The notes under the pieces were generated by a model, which was not told where the DNA came from, did not search any database, and saw nothing but the letters and a program-made list of their open reading frames with translations. Both the position numbers and the translations under genes were made by a program. A DNA stretch of 37,805 nt from an uncultured Muribaculaceae bacterium (lineage in GTDB: Bacteria > Bacillota_I > Bacilli_A > RF39 > UBA660), in NCBI GenBank assembly GCA_964605575.1, contig CAZSDG010000003.1, forward strand, positions 1 to 37,805, written 5' to 3'. This document shows positions 17,834 through 26,375 of this stretch, piece after piece (within the stretch, counting starts at the first letter, position 1; each line of letters starts with the position of its first letter).

Positions 17834-18043
17834 ATGTTAAAAGATATACTGTTAATTGTGGGAGGAATGATCCCGGGAGCTATTATAGGTTTTTTTATTG
17901 CCAAGTATTACATGCAAAAATATTTAAAGGACAATCCCCCAATCAATGAAAAAATGATTGAAACATTAATGAGTAGTATGGGCAGAAAACCATCGCAAAA
18001 ACAAGTTAAACAAATGATGTCACAAATGAATAAAATGATGTAA
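17834..18043 (+). CDS. yneF: UPF0154 family small membrane protein (YneF-like)
   Basis: N-terminal TM segment plus the [29 protein letters not shown] signature. SD AGAGGAGG. Same position downstream of tkt as in B. subtilis. Confidence 0.85.
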   Translation: MLKDILLIVGGMIPGAIIGFFIAKYYMQKYLKDNPPINEKMIETLMSSMGRKPSQKQVKQMMSQMNKMM

Positions 18044-18070
18044 TAAACTATTAAGAAAAGAAGGGTGTTT

Positions 18071-18367
18071 ATGAACGAACAATTGAAACCAATTATTTTA
18101 ATTACTGGTTCAGTTATTTTATTAATAATCTTTATTATAATTGTTATTTTGCTTATAAAAAGAAATCGTTCAATGAAACAATTAGAAAAACATAAAAAAG
18201 AATATCAAGTTTCTAGTTCTTCAGCAAATGCGAATCTTTTTGGAATTGAAGCAACAAATCAAAACTTAAAGCCACAAATTGATTTAGATAAAACTCAATT
18301 ACTCAATCTTAATGATTTAGAAGAATTAAAAAATATAGAGAATATTCAGGAAGAAAATGAACAATAA
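18071..18367 (+). CDS. Hypothetical single-pass membrane protein (98 aa) with an acidic C-tail
   Basis: TM segment PIILITGSVILLIIFIIIVILLI followed by KRNR. SD AAGAAGGGTG. The start is either ATG 18071 or GTG 18065. Confidence 0.6.
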   Translation: MNEQLKPIILITGSVILLIIFIIIVILLIKRNRSMKQLEKHKKEYQVSSSSANANLFGIEATNQNLKPQIDLDKTQLLNLNDLEELKNIENIQEENEQ

Positions 18368-18401
18368 GTTGTTCATTTTTTTTGTTTATGCTATAATTTT
18401 T

Positions 18402-20327
18402 ATGGTGAATACAGTGGTAAAGTATGATGAAAAGTCAATTAAAATTTTAGAAGGATTAGATGCTGTTAAAAAAAGACCAGGAATGTATATTGGTTCAACT
18501 GATAAAAGAGGTCTTCATCATTTAGTGTGGGAAATTATTGATAATGGTATTGATGAAATAATTAATGGTTATGGTGATAAAATTATTATTACAATCAATG
18601 AAGATAAAAGTATTACTATTGCTGATAATGGTCGTGGTCTACCAATAGGAATGCATGAAAGTGGTAAAAGTACCCCAGAAGTAATATATACAGTATTACA
18701 TGCTGGTGGTAAATTTAGTGATGGTGGTTATAAAGTATCTGGTGGCCTTCACGGGGTAGGGGCGAGTGTTGTTAATGCTTTATCACTATGGATGGATGTT
18801 ACTTCTTATCACGAAGGTCAAATCGGTCATATTAGATTTTATGATGGTGGTAAAGTTGAAAAACCTTTGGAAATACTTGGTAAAACCAATAAAAGTGGAA
18901 CTACCGTAACATTTTTACCTAATCCGGAAATATTTGGTAATACTACATTTAGCTTTACTACGATTAAAGAAAGAATGCAGGAAGCAGCATTTTTACTATC
19001 TAATTTAACAATTGAAGTTCATGATTTAGAAGATGATAAACATGAGACTTTTCATTATGAAAAAGGCTTAACTGCTTTTGTTGAATTTATAAATGAGGAT
19101 AAGAAAGAATTGCATCAACCGATTATTATTAATTCGAAGAAGAATAATATTGAGGTAGACATAGCTCTTCAGTATACTGAAGGTTATAATGAAACCCTAT
19201 TATCATTTGTAAATAATGTTAAAACAATTGATGGAGGCAGCCATGAGGTTGGTTTTAAAACTGGTTTAACAAAAATCTTTAATGATTATGCTAAAAATAA
19301 TAATTTAATTAAATCAAAAGAAGGTAATTTTGATGGATCTGATATTAGAGAAGGTTTAACAGCTGTTTTAAATTTAAGAATACCAGAAAATATTTTACAA
19401 TTTGAAGGCCAAACTAAAGGAAAACTTGGAACTCCTGAAGCTAGAAGTGTAGTTGAAGGTGTAGTTTATGAATATATGAAGTTTTATTTAGAAGAAAATC
19501 GAGAAATTGCTTTAAAAATAATTGATAAAGCTAGTAAAAGCAAATTAGCTAGAGAAGCCGCAAGAAAAGCTCGCGAAGAGGTCAGAACTGGTAAAGGTAA
19601 GAAAAAAGATGAGAAGATGATGGCAGGTAAACTTACACCAGCTCAAACAAAAAATCCAAAAATAAATGAATTATTTATAGTTGAAGGTAATTCAGCTGGC
19701 GGAACAGCTAAAAAATCCCGTGATCGAAAATTCCAAGCAATTTTACCATTAAGAGGAAAAATAATTAATACAGAAAAAGCCACCGATAAAGACATTTTTA
19801 AAAATGAAGAAATAAATTCTATTATATATTGCATTGGAGCAGGTTATGGTCAAGAATTTGATGTAAAAGATAGCAATTATGATAAAGTCATTATTATGAC
19901 CGATGCTGATGATGATGGTGCTCACATTCAATGTTTATTATTAACATTCTTTTATCGTTTTATGAGACCGTTAATTGAAGAAGGAAAATTATTCATTGCC
20001 ATTCCACCATTATTTAAAATAACAACGGCTGATAAAAAACATCGTTATTTTTATCCTGGTGAAGAAGAGGAAATGAAAGCATATACAGAAGCTAGAAGTT
20101 CTTATCAAATTCAAAGATATAAAGGGTTAGGCGAAATGAATCCTGAACCTTTATGGGAAACAACCATGGATCCAAAAACACGTAATTTAATTAAAGTAAG
20201 TATCAACGATGGTTCATTGGCTGAAAGAAGGGTTTCTACATTAATGGGGGATCTCGTTGAGCCAAGAAAAGAATGGATTAATGAAAATGTTGAATTTTCA
20301 CTAGAAGATAATTATTCAATCAAGTAA
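18402..20327 (+). CDS. parE: Type IIA topoisomerase B subunit, most likely topoisomerase IV ParE
   Basis: KILEGLDAVKKRPGMYIG, GLHHLVWEIIDNGIDE, EGNSAGG, PLRGKIIN, IMTDADDDGAHI and QRYKGLGEM. The C-terminal PRKEWINENVEF looks ParE-like rather than GyrB-like. ATG 18402 gives an N-terminal length matching B. subtilis ParE. The listed 18357 start would add a hydrophobic 15-aa extension. Confidence 0.75.
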   Translation: MVNTVVKYDEKSIKILEGLDAVKKRPGMYIGSTDKRGLHHLVWEIIDNGIDEIINGYGDKIIITINEDKSITIADNGRGLPIGMHESGKSTPEVIYTVLHAGGKFSDGGYKVSGGLHGVGASVVNALSLWMDVTSYHEGQIGHIRFYDGGKVEKPLEILGKTNKSGTTVTFLPNPEIFGNTTFSFTTIKERMQEAAFLLSNLTIEVHDLEDDKHETFHYEKGLTAFVEFINEDKKELHQPIIINSKKNNIEVDIALQYTEGYNETLLSFVNNVKTIDGGSHEVGFKTGLTKIFNDYAKNNNLIKSKEGNFDGSDIREGLTAVLNLRIPENILQFEGQTKGKLGTPEARSVVEGVVYEYMKFYLEENREIALKIIDKASKSKLAREAARKAREEVRTGKGKKKDEKMMAGKLTPAQTKNPKINELFIVEGNSAGGTAKKSRDRKFQAILPLRGKIINTEKATDKDIFKNEEINSIIYCIGAGYGQEFDVKDSNYDKVIIMTDADDDGAHIQCLLLTFFYRFMRPLIEEGKLFIAIPPLFKITTADKKHRYFYPGEEEEMKAYTEARSSYQIQRYKGLGEMNPEPLWETTMDPKTRNLIKVSINDGSLAERRVSTLMGDLVEPRKEWINENVEFSLEDNYSIK

Positions 20328-20350
20328 AAAAGACTTAGTAAAGTCTTTTT
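20327..20350. terminator. Bidirectional hairpin terminator (parE / def)
   Basis: aaaaagactt / aagtcttttt 10-bp stem with a 4-nt loop. Both stop codons are embedded in it. Confidence 0.8.
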
Positions 20351-20900
20351 ATATTGAACGATAATTATTGGCGTTTTTATATGGATTATTTTTATCAATG
20401 CGATCAGTAAATAAAATGCCATTTAAATGATCGATTTCATGTTGGAATGCTATTGCTAAGTCTTCTCGAACACGAATGGTGTATTCATCACCATTTTCAT
20501 CAAAAGCTTTTACAGTCATTCTTGCATGTCGTGGGACAATACCCTCAACATTCCGATTAACACTTAAGCAGCCTTCACCTTCCTCGACATAGATCATTTC
20601 TTCACTAGTGCTAATAATTTTTGGATTTATTACTACATAATTTTTAAATTCACCATTTTGTAAATCTTCACAAATAACAAAAATTCTTTTATTAATGCCC
20701 ATCTGAATGAATGCTAGACCCATTCCAGCTCTTAAATCAAATTTTTCTCTTAATTCTTCAATTTGACTAGTTTTTAAATATGATAAAGAATCATTAATTA
20801 ATTTTTTATCTTCAATAGATAAAGGAAATGTTACTTCATTACTAACATTTCTTAATATCTTATCAAATTCATCATATATTTTAATATTTGGTAATTCCAT
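20349..20900 (-). CDS. def: Peptide deformylase
   Basis: GMGLAFIQ, EGCLS and HEIDHLNG metal-binding motifs. Confidence 0.94.
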   Translation of the reverse strand: MELPNIKIYDEFDKILRNVSNEVTFPLSIEDKKLINDSLSYLKTSQIEELREKFDLRAGMGLAFIQMGINKRIFVICEDLQNGEFKNYVVINPKIISTSEEMIYVEEGEGCLSVNRNVEGIVPRHARMTVKAFDENGDEYTIRVREDLAIAFQHEIDHLNGILFTDRIDKNNPYKNANNYRSI

Positions 20901-20960
20901 TTCTCATCACCGATAATATATTATCAAACAATCAGCAAAAAATAAAGCTTAAAACAAATA

Positions 20961-20983
20961 AAAACCATTATTGAAATGGTTTT
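20961..20983 (-). terminator. Hairpin terminator after the 91-aa minus-strand gene
   Basis: aaaaccatt / aatggtttt 9-bp stem with a 5-nt loop. A T-rich tail follows on the minus strand. Confidence 0.65.
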
Positions 20984-20999
20984 ATTAAATGATTTATTA

Positions 21000-21275
21000 T
21001 TATGATTTACTTCTAGAAATTAAATCTAATTCCATTTGTTCAGTAAGTACAGCTATAGATTTTTCAGTAAGTAATGAATACATTGTTAATGTTAATGGAT
21101 CATTTGGATTAATTGGAAAGTTTTGGCTTATCCATTCTGTCAAAAGTTGTGGACTGATTTCAGGTGCCCAAAATGCTGCTTTGTTTACTAAAGAACTGTA
21201 TAATTCTGGCGAATTAATTCTTAGTACTTGGAATATTGCATTTAGTCTATCATAAAATCTTTGTAATTCATTCAT
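21000..21275 (-). CDS. Hypothetical 91-aa protein, no recognised family
   Basis: Strong SD GAAGGGGGA 8 nt upstream of the ATG on the minus strand, plus its own terminator. The mirror-image + strand ORF 20989..21255 has no SD. Confidence 0.65.
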   Translation of the reverse strand: MNELQRFYDRLNAIFQVLRINSPELYSSLVNKAAFWAPEISPQLLTEWISQNFPINPNDPLTLTMYSLLTEKSIAVLTEQMELDLISRSKS

Positions 21276-21408
21276 TATTATTATCCCCCTTCAAATAATT
21301 AGTAAGTAAAATATCACAATTTTTATTATTTGTCAAATTAGTGAATACTTACTTTACATTATAGTTAATTAATCAAAATATTATGCTATATTGTTAATAG
21401 GAGTAGAT

Positions 21409-22566
21409 ATGAAAGAAAACTTAAGAAACTGTGATAAACCATTATTAATTACCACAATAATCTTCAGTATAATTGGCTTACTGATGGTTTTTAGTTCTTC
21501 TTCAATAATTGCTTCATTTAGTGTTAAGACTAGTCCTTATCATTATTTTATTCGTCAATTTGCCTTTATTGCGGTTTGTTATATAGGGTTTTTCTTATTT
21601 ATTTTAAACATACCAATAAGTAAGTATCGCAACTTTACTATTATCTTTGGTTTAATAATACTAGGCTCTCTAATCTTGGTATTTCCATTTGGAGTAGAAA
21701 TAAATGGAGCTAAGAGTTGGTTTAATATGTGGGGTTTATTTCATTATCAACCAAGTGAGTTTGCTAAAATATTTATTATTTTATATATCGCTTTCTTTTT
21801 TGAAAATTATCAAAAAATTAGAAATATTAATAAATCATTTTATTATCCATTAACAATTATTGTGTTTATTTTGTTTCTAATTTTTCGGCAACCAGACTTA
21901 GGAACAGGTGTTATTATTGGAACATTAACCTTCTGTATTTATTTTTTTATTCCTTTAAATAATAAGAACAAAAGAAATTTAAAGCTAATGATGGGACTAT
22001 TACTTATTTTAGGTACAATATTATTTTTAACATTTAAAAATGATTTGTTAAAACAATTTCAAAAAGATCGTTTCAATTATAAACAACCTTGTTTAAGGTA
22101 TACAGAGCCTTCTGGATATCAACTATGTAATTCTTTTATAGCCATTAACAATGGTGGATTAATGGGTGCTGGATTAGGTAATTCAACTCAAAAATTTTTA
22201 TATTTACCAGCTGGTCATACTGATTTTATTTTTTCAATTATTTTAGAGGAATTAGGCGCAGTAGTTGGGATATTAATAATTATATTATTTTTGTTTATGT
22301 TATATAGAATAGTAAAAATATCTAAATCAACTAGTAATATTCGGAATTCAATAATTGCCTTTGGTGTATTTATTGTTATTACTATTCATATTTTAATTAA
22401 TTTAGGAGGTATACTAGGTCTTATTCCTTTAACAGGAGTACCTTTACCATTTTTAAGTTATGGTGGTAGTTTTACTACAGTTACATATATTATGATTTTT
22501 TTAGTTCAACGAGTAGCAGTAGAAAATAATCAAAGTAAACTTGCTAAAGAAATATCTAATCTTTAA
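21409..22566 (+). CDS. SEDS-family peptidoglycan glycosyltransferase (FtsW/RodA/SpoVE)
   Basis: About 10 TM segments, RQPDLGT, GHTDFIFSII, and PLTGVPLPFLSYGGS. ATG 21409 with AGGAG upstream is preferred over TTG 21391. FtsW and RodA cannot be told apart from the sequence alone. Confidence 0.88.
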   Translation: MKENLRNCDKPLLITTIIFSIIGLLMVFSSSSIIASFSVKTSPYHYFIRQFAFIAVCYIGFFLFILNIPISKYRNFTIIFGLIILGSLILVFPFGVEINGAKSWFNMWGLFHYQPSEFAKIFIILYIAFFFENYQKIRNINKSFYYPLTIIVFILFLIFRQPDLGTGVIIGTLTFCIYFFIPLNNKNKRNLKLMMGLLLILGTILFLTFKNDLLKQFQKDRFNYKQPCLRYTEPSGYQLCNSFIAINNGGLMGAGLGNSTQKFLYLPAGHTDFIFSIILEELGAVVGILIIILFLFMLYRIVKISKSTSNIRNSIIAFGVFIVITIHILINLGGILGLIPLTGVPLPFLSYGGSFTTVTYIMIFLVQRVAVENNQSKLAKEISNL

Positions 22567-22576
22567 AAGGAAATAT

Positions 22577-22610
22577 TCTTTCTTTCACATATATATAAGT
22601 GAAAGGAGGA
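22577..22610 (+). promoter_or_regulatory. Hairpin that sequesters the comEA Shine-Dalgarno
   Basis: The 5' arm ttctttctttcac (22577-22588) pairs with gtgaaaggagga (22599-22610) over 12 bp, 2 of them G-U, with a 10-nt AT loop. The 3' arm is the comEA SD AAAGGAGGA itself. No T-run follows. Confidence 0.45.
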
Positions 22611-22614
22611 AATA

Positions 22615-23334
22615 ATGAAACAATATTTAACACCAAAAAACATTATTATTTTAATAGTAACGATTATCATTGTTGGTAGTGGCTTAATATTTTATAAACC
22701 ACAAACTATTGAAGCTAATAGTAATTTAACAGAAGAAATTAATATGGTTAGCAGTGAAGAAGAAAAAGAAAATGAATCATTTTACGTTGATGTAAAAGGT
22801 GCGGTTAAAAAACCAGGAGTATATATTTTCACTAATGATCAAGTAATTAATGATGCAATTTTAGCTGCTGGTGGACTTAGTAAAAATGCTAGTACTAAAA
22901 ATATTAACCTTAGTAAAAAATTAGTTCCAGAAATGGTTGTTTATGTATTTACAACTAATGAATTAAATAAACCAAAAGCTAAAAACCAAGAGCTTAATTG
23001 TCCTGAAGTTATTTGTCAAGAAACATCTTGTGAGCAAGTAATTTGTCCTGAGCTTTCTTGTCCGGAAATAAATTGTCCAACCATTGAATGTAATTGTGGT
23101 AATCAAAATAACCAAGATCAAGGTGCAAACGATAATATTATAGAAGACAAGTTAAATATAAATACCGCTTCTTTGGAAGAACTATTAACCTTACCAGGGA
23201 TAGGTGAAGCTAAAGGAAAAGCCATAATTGAATACCGTCAAGAAAACAAATTTAATAATATAGAAGACCTTAAAAATGTTTCGGGTATTGGCGAAACAAT
23301 CTTTCTTAAATTAAAAGATTTAATTAAAGTTTAA
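22615..23334 (+). CDS. comEA: Competence DNA receptor ComEA (TM, SLBB domain, Cys-repeat linker, tandem HhH)
   Basis: N-terminal TM segment, SLBB domain FYVDVKGAVKKPGVYIF...AILAAGG, and C-terminal INTASLEELLTLPGIGEAKGKAIIEYR...VSGIGE. Confidence 0.9.
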   Translation: MKQYLTPKNIIILIVTIIIVGSGLIFYKPQTIEANSNLTEEINMVSSEEEKENESFYVDVKGAVKKPGVYIFTNDQVINDAILAAGGLSKNASTKNINLSKKLVPEMVVYVFTTNELNKPKAKNQELNCPEVICQETSCEQVICPELSCPEINCPTIECNCGNQNNQDQGANDNIIEDKLNINTASLEELLTLPGIGEAKGKAIIEYRQENKFNNIEDLKNVSGIGETIFLKLKDLIKV

Positions 23335-25403
23335 TGAATTTATTAATTAGAAAAATATTAATTAGTAATTTATTATATATACTAATAATTATTGGAACAA
23401 TCATTATTTGCTATTTCTCGCTTACAAAACCAGAATTGATTTTTAAAGAACAAGAACAATATAGTGGAGTAGTTACCGAATATTTATTTAATGGTAATCA
23501 GCTAAATTTGGTTATTAAAGGAAAATACTCTAACTATAAAGCTACTTATTATCCAAAGACAGAGCTTGAATTAAAAAAAATAAAAAATTTAATAAAATAC
23601 GGCTCACATATTATTGTAACTGGTGATTTAGCTAAACCATTAAATAATACAATCCCTAATACATTTAATTATAAAAATTATTTAAAATCCAAAAAAATAT
23701 TAAGTATTATTCAAATAAAAACTATTAAAATTAATAATGATAAGTTAAGTATATTATATAAAATTAAAAATTATATAATAGATAGAATAAATACATATAA
23801 AACTAAAGATTACTTATTAACATTTATTATTGGTAATAAAACATTATTAAACAATGAATCATTAACCAATTATCGAATAAATGGCGTAACTCATTTATTT
23901 GCTATTTCTGGAATGCATATTAGTTTATTTACTGGGATAATATTATTTTTATTAAAAAAAATAAAGATAAAAGAAGCTTCACGGTTAGTAATAGTTACTT
24001 CATTTTTAATTATCTATTCATTTTTAACTGGCTTTTCACCAAGCATTTTAAGAGCGGCTATCTTCTTTACATTATTATCAATCAATAAACTATTTTATAC
24101 AGAAATAACAAATATCAAACTTTTAATAACTACTGTTTGTATCTTATTGATTAGTAACCCGTTTAATATATATAATTTAGGGTTTATATATTCAGTTACA
24201 ACTAGCTATGGTTTAATAATTTGTCTGGAAAAATTTAATAATAAGAATTACATTGTTAATTTAATTTTAGTTAGTTTAGTTGCCTTTTTATTTAGTTTAC
24301 CAATTACATTACAAAATTTTTATGAATTTAATTTATTAACAATTATAAACAATTTAATATTTGTTCCTTTAATATCTTTAATAGTTTATCCATTATCTTT
24401 ACTTGTCTTTATATTTAAGTTTTTAGAACCTGGATTAATGATTGTTTTATATTTAACAGAAAGTTTATCAAAGCTAACAGCTAAATTAGCTATTTCATTA
24501 ATTATTCCTAAAAGTAATTATATTTTAATATTTTTATATTATTTGTTTTTACACTTATCTTTAATAAATAAAAAATATATATTTATTAGTATAATAATTA
24601 TTTTTATTCCCCTTATACTAGTAAAATTTAATAGTGATTATGAAGTATATTTTTTAGATGTTAACCAAGGAGATGCAATATTAATAAAAGCGCCTAATAA
24701 TAAAGAAAATATTATGATCGATGTTGGGGGAAAATTAAAATATAAAGAAGAAGCTTGGCAAATAAAGAGACAAGAATATAACATTTCAGATAATATCATT
24801 ATTTTTTTGAAAAGTTTAGGAATAACTAAAATTGATTGTATTATTGGAACCCATGGTGATGAAGATCATTTAGGAGAGGCCATCAACATAATAAATAATT
24901 TTTCGGTTGCAAGTTTAATGTTAAATCAAGGAGGTATTAATAGATTAGAAAAAAATATTATTAAGACTGGAATAAATATAATTAATAAATATGAAGCTAA
25001 GTATATTAATATTAAATATTTAGAAACAACTTTGGCTAATAATGAAAATGATAATAGTACAATTATTCATTTAAATCTAAATGGTTATCTTTTTTTATTA
25101 ATGGGAGATGCCTCAAAGAAACAAGAATTAGAAATAATAAGTAAGTATAATTTAGAAAATATTCATGTTTTAAAACTAGGTCATCATGGCTCAAGTAGTA
25201 GTTCAGCTGAAGAATTTTTAAAAATTATTAAACCTCAATATAGCATTATTTCCTCTGGCCGAAACAATCGTTTTAATCATCCAGCCCAAAAAGTAATAAA
25301 TTTATTAAATAAATATGATTTAAAATATTTAAATACCCAAAATTTAGGAACAATAAAATTCACAATTAATGATTACCTAATTAGTAGTTTTACCAGACCT
25401 TAG
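23334..25403 (+). CDS. comEC: DNA internalisation channel ComEC/Rec2 (competence domain plus metallo-beta-lactamase domain)
   Basis: TAATG overlap with comEA. NGVTHLFAISGMHIS and SPSILRAAIF. C-terminal MBL domain: FLDVNQGDA, GTHGDEDHLG, LKLGHHGS. Confidence 0.92.
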   Translation: MNLLIRKILISNLLYILIIIGTIIICYFSLTKPELIFKEQEQYSGVVTEYLFNGNQLNLVIKGKYSNYKATYYPKTELELKKIKNLIKYGSHIIVTGDLAKPLNNTIPNTFNYKNYLKSKKILSIIQIKTIKINNDKLSILYKIKNYIIDRINTYKTKDYLLTFIIGNKTLLNNESLTNYRINGVTHLFAISGMHISLFTGIILFLLKKIKIKEASRLVIVTSFLIIYSFLTGFSPSILRAAIFFTLLSINKLFYTEITNIKLLITTVCILLISNPFNIYNLGFIYSVTTSYGLIICLEKFNNKNYIVNLILVSLVAFLFSLPITLQNFYEFNLLTIINNLIFVPLISLIVYPLSLLVFIFKFLEPGLMIVLYLTESLSKLTAKLAISLIIPKSNYILIFLYYLFLHLSLINKKYIFISIIIIFIPLILVKFNSDYEVYFLDVNQGDAILIKAPNNKENIMIDVGGKLKYKEEAWQIKRQEYNISDNIIIFLKSLGITKIDCIIGTHGDEDHLGEAINIINNFSVASLMLNQGGINRLEKNIIKTGINIINKYEAKYINIKYLETTLANNENDNSTIIHLNLNGYLFLLMGDASKKQELEIISKYNLENIHVLKLGHHGSSSSSAEEFLKIIKPQYSIISSGRNNRFNHPAQKVINLLNKYDLKYLNTQNLGTIKFTINDYLISSFTRP

Positions 25404-25438
25404 TAACTAAATTATGATATAATAATTATGAGGTATTT

Positions 25439-26368
25439 ATGAAAAATTATATAATAGTAGCAAATTATTATAATATTGTTGAAGAAGAACTAAACAAGAT
25501 TATTATTAATAATCAAGGAGTTTTTTCTTTTGATTTAGAAATAGAAGAATTTGGTAATGTTATTGAGGAAATTAACAGTGTCTCTTTGTTTAATGAAGAT
25601 AAAGTAATTATTTTGAAAAATTTGGGAGGAAAAATAAGTAAAAATCAAATGGATGAAATTGAAAAATATTTAGCTGATTATTTTAAAAGTCCTAACCCTA
25701 ATGTTAATTTAATTATTACTTTTAATAAAAAAATGGATGAAAGAAGAAAAATAACAAAACTCCTAAAGGCGAAGATGAATATTATTAGCAGTATTGAATA
25801 TACTGATAATGACTATCTTAAAAGAATTGCTAAACATTTAGAAAAATTAGGATATTCTATGTCAATGAATCTAATTAGTATATTATGGGAAAAGTGCTTA
25901 AAAAATTATGATATTTTGCTTAATGAATTAAATAAATTACTAGTTATTGCAATTAAAGATAAAACAATTAATAAAGAAATGATCGATATTTATACTTCTA
26001 AATATGAAAATGATGAAATATTTTTACTTAAAGATGAAATAATTAAAAAAAATATTAATGAATATTATCCGATATTAAATCGTTATATTGATCAAGGTAA
26101 TAGCATTATTCCAATTATTTCTTTGTTAGCTAATGAATACCGATTAATGTACATTACTAAGAATACTAATCTTAGTGATAATCAAATTGCCAAAAATTTA
26201 AAAATGAATAGTGATTATCCAGTTAAATTAGCTAGAGATAGGGCATTTAAATATCAAAGTGCAACATTATTAGATAATATTGTTAAATTAGCCGATTTAG
26301 ATTATCAAATTAAAATCGGCGAGATTGATGAGTATATAGGTTTTAATGTATTTTTATTAGAAATATAG
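25439..26368 (+). CDS. holA: DNA polymerase III delta subunit
   Basis: Size, position directly after comEC as in Bacillus, and clamp-loader delta-like features (SLFNEDKVIILKN, LANEYRLMY). Sequence conservation is weak. Confidence 0.7.
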   Translation: MKNYIIVANYYNIVEEELNKIIINNQGVFSFDLEIEEFGNVIEEINSVSLFNEDKVIILKNLGGKISKNQMDEIEKYLADYFKSPNPNVNLIITFNKKMDERRKITKLLKAKMNIISSIEYTDNDYLKRIAKHLEKLGYSMSMNLISILWEKCLKNYDILLNELNKLLVIAIKDKTINKEMIDIYTSKYENDEIFLLKDEIIKKNINEYYPILNRYIDQGNSIIPIISLLANEYRLMYITKNTNLSDNQIAKNLKMNSDYPVKLARDRAFKYQSATLLDNIVKLADLDYQIKIGEIDEYIGFNVFLLEI

Positions 26369-26375
26369 GTGAATT

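Noticed and set aside
19643-19931. Minus-strand ORFs 19643..19834 and 19749..19931
   Set aside because: They are antisense within the TOPRIM region of parE.
20989-21255. + strand 88-aa ORF mirroring the minus-strand 91-aa ORF
   Set aside because: Only the minus-strand ORF has a strong SD (GAAGGGGGA) and a downstream terminator. The + ORF starts inside that terminator region and has no SD.
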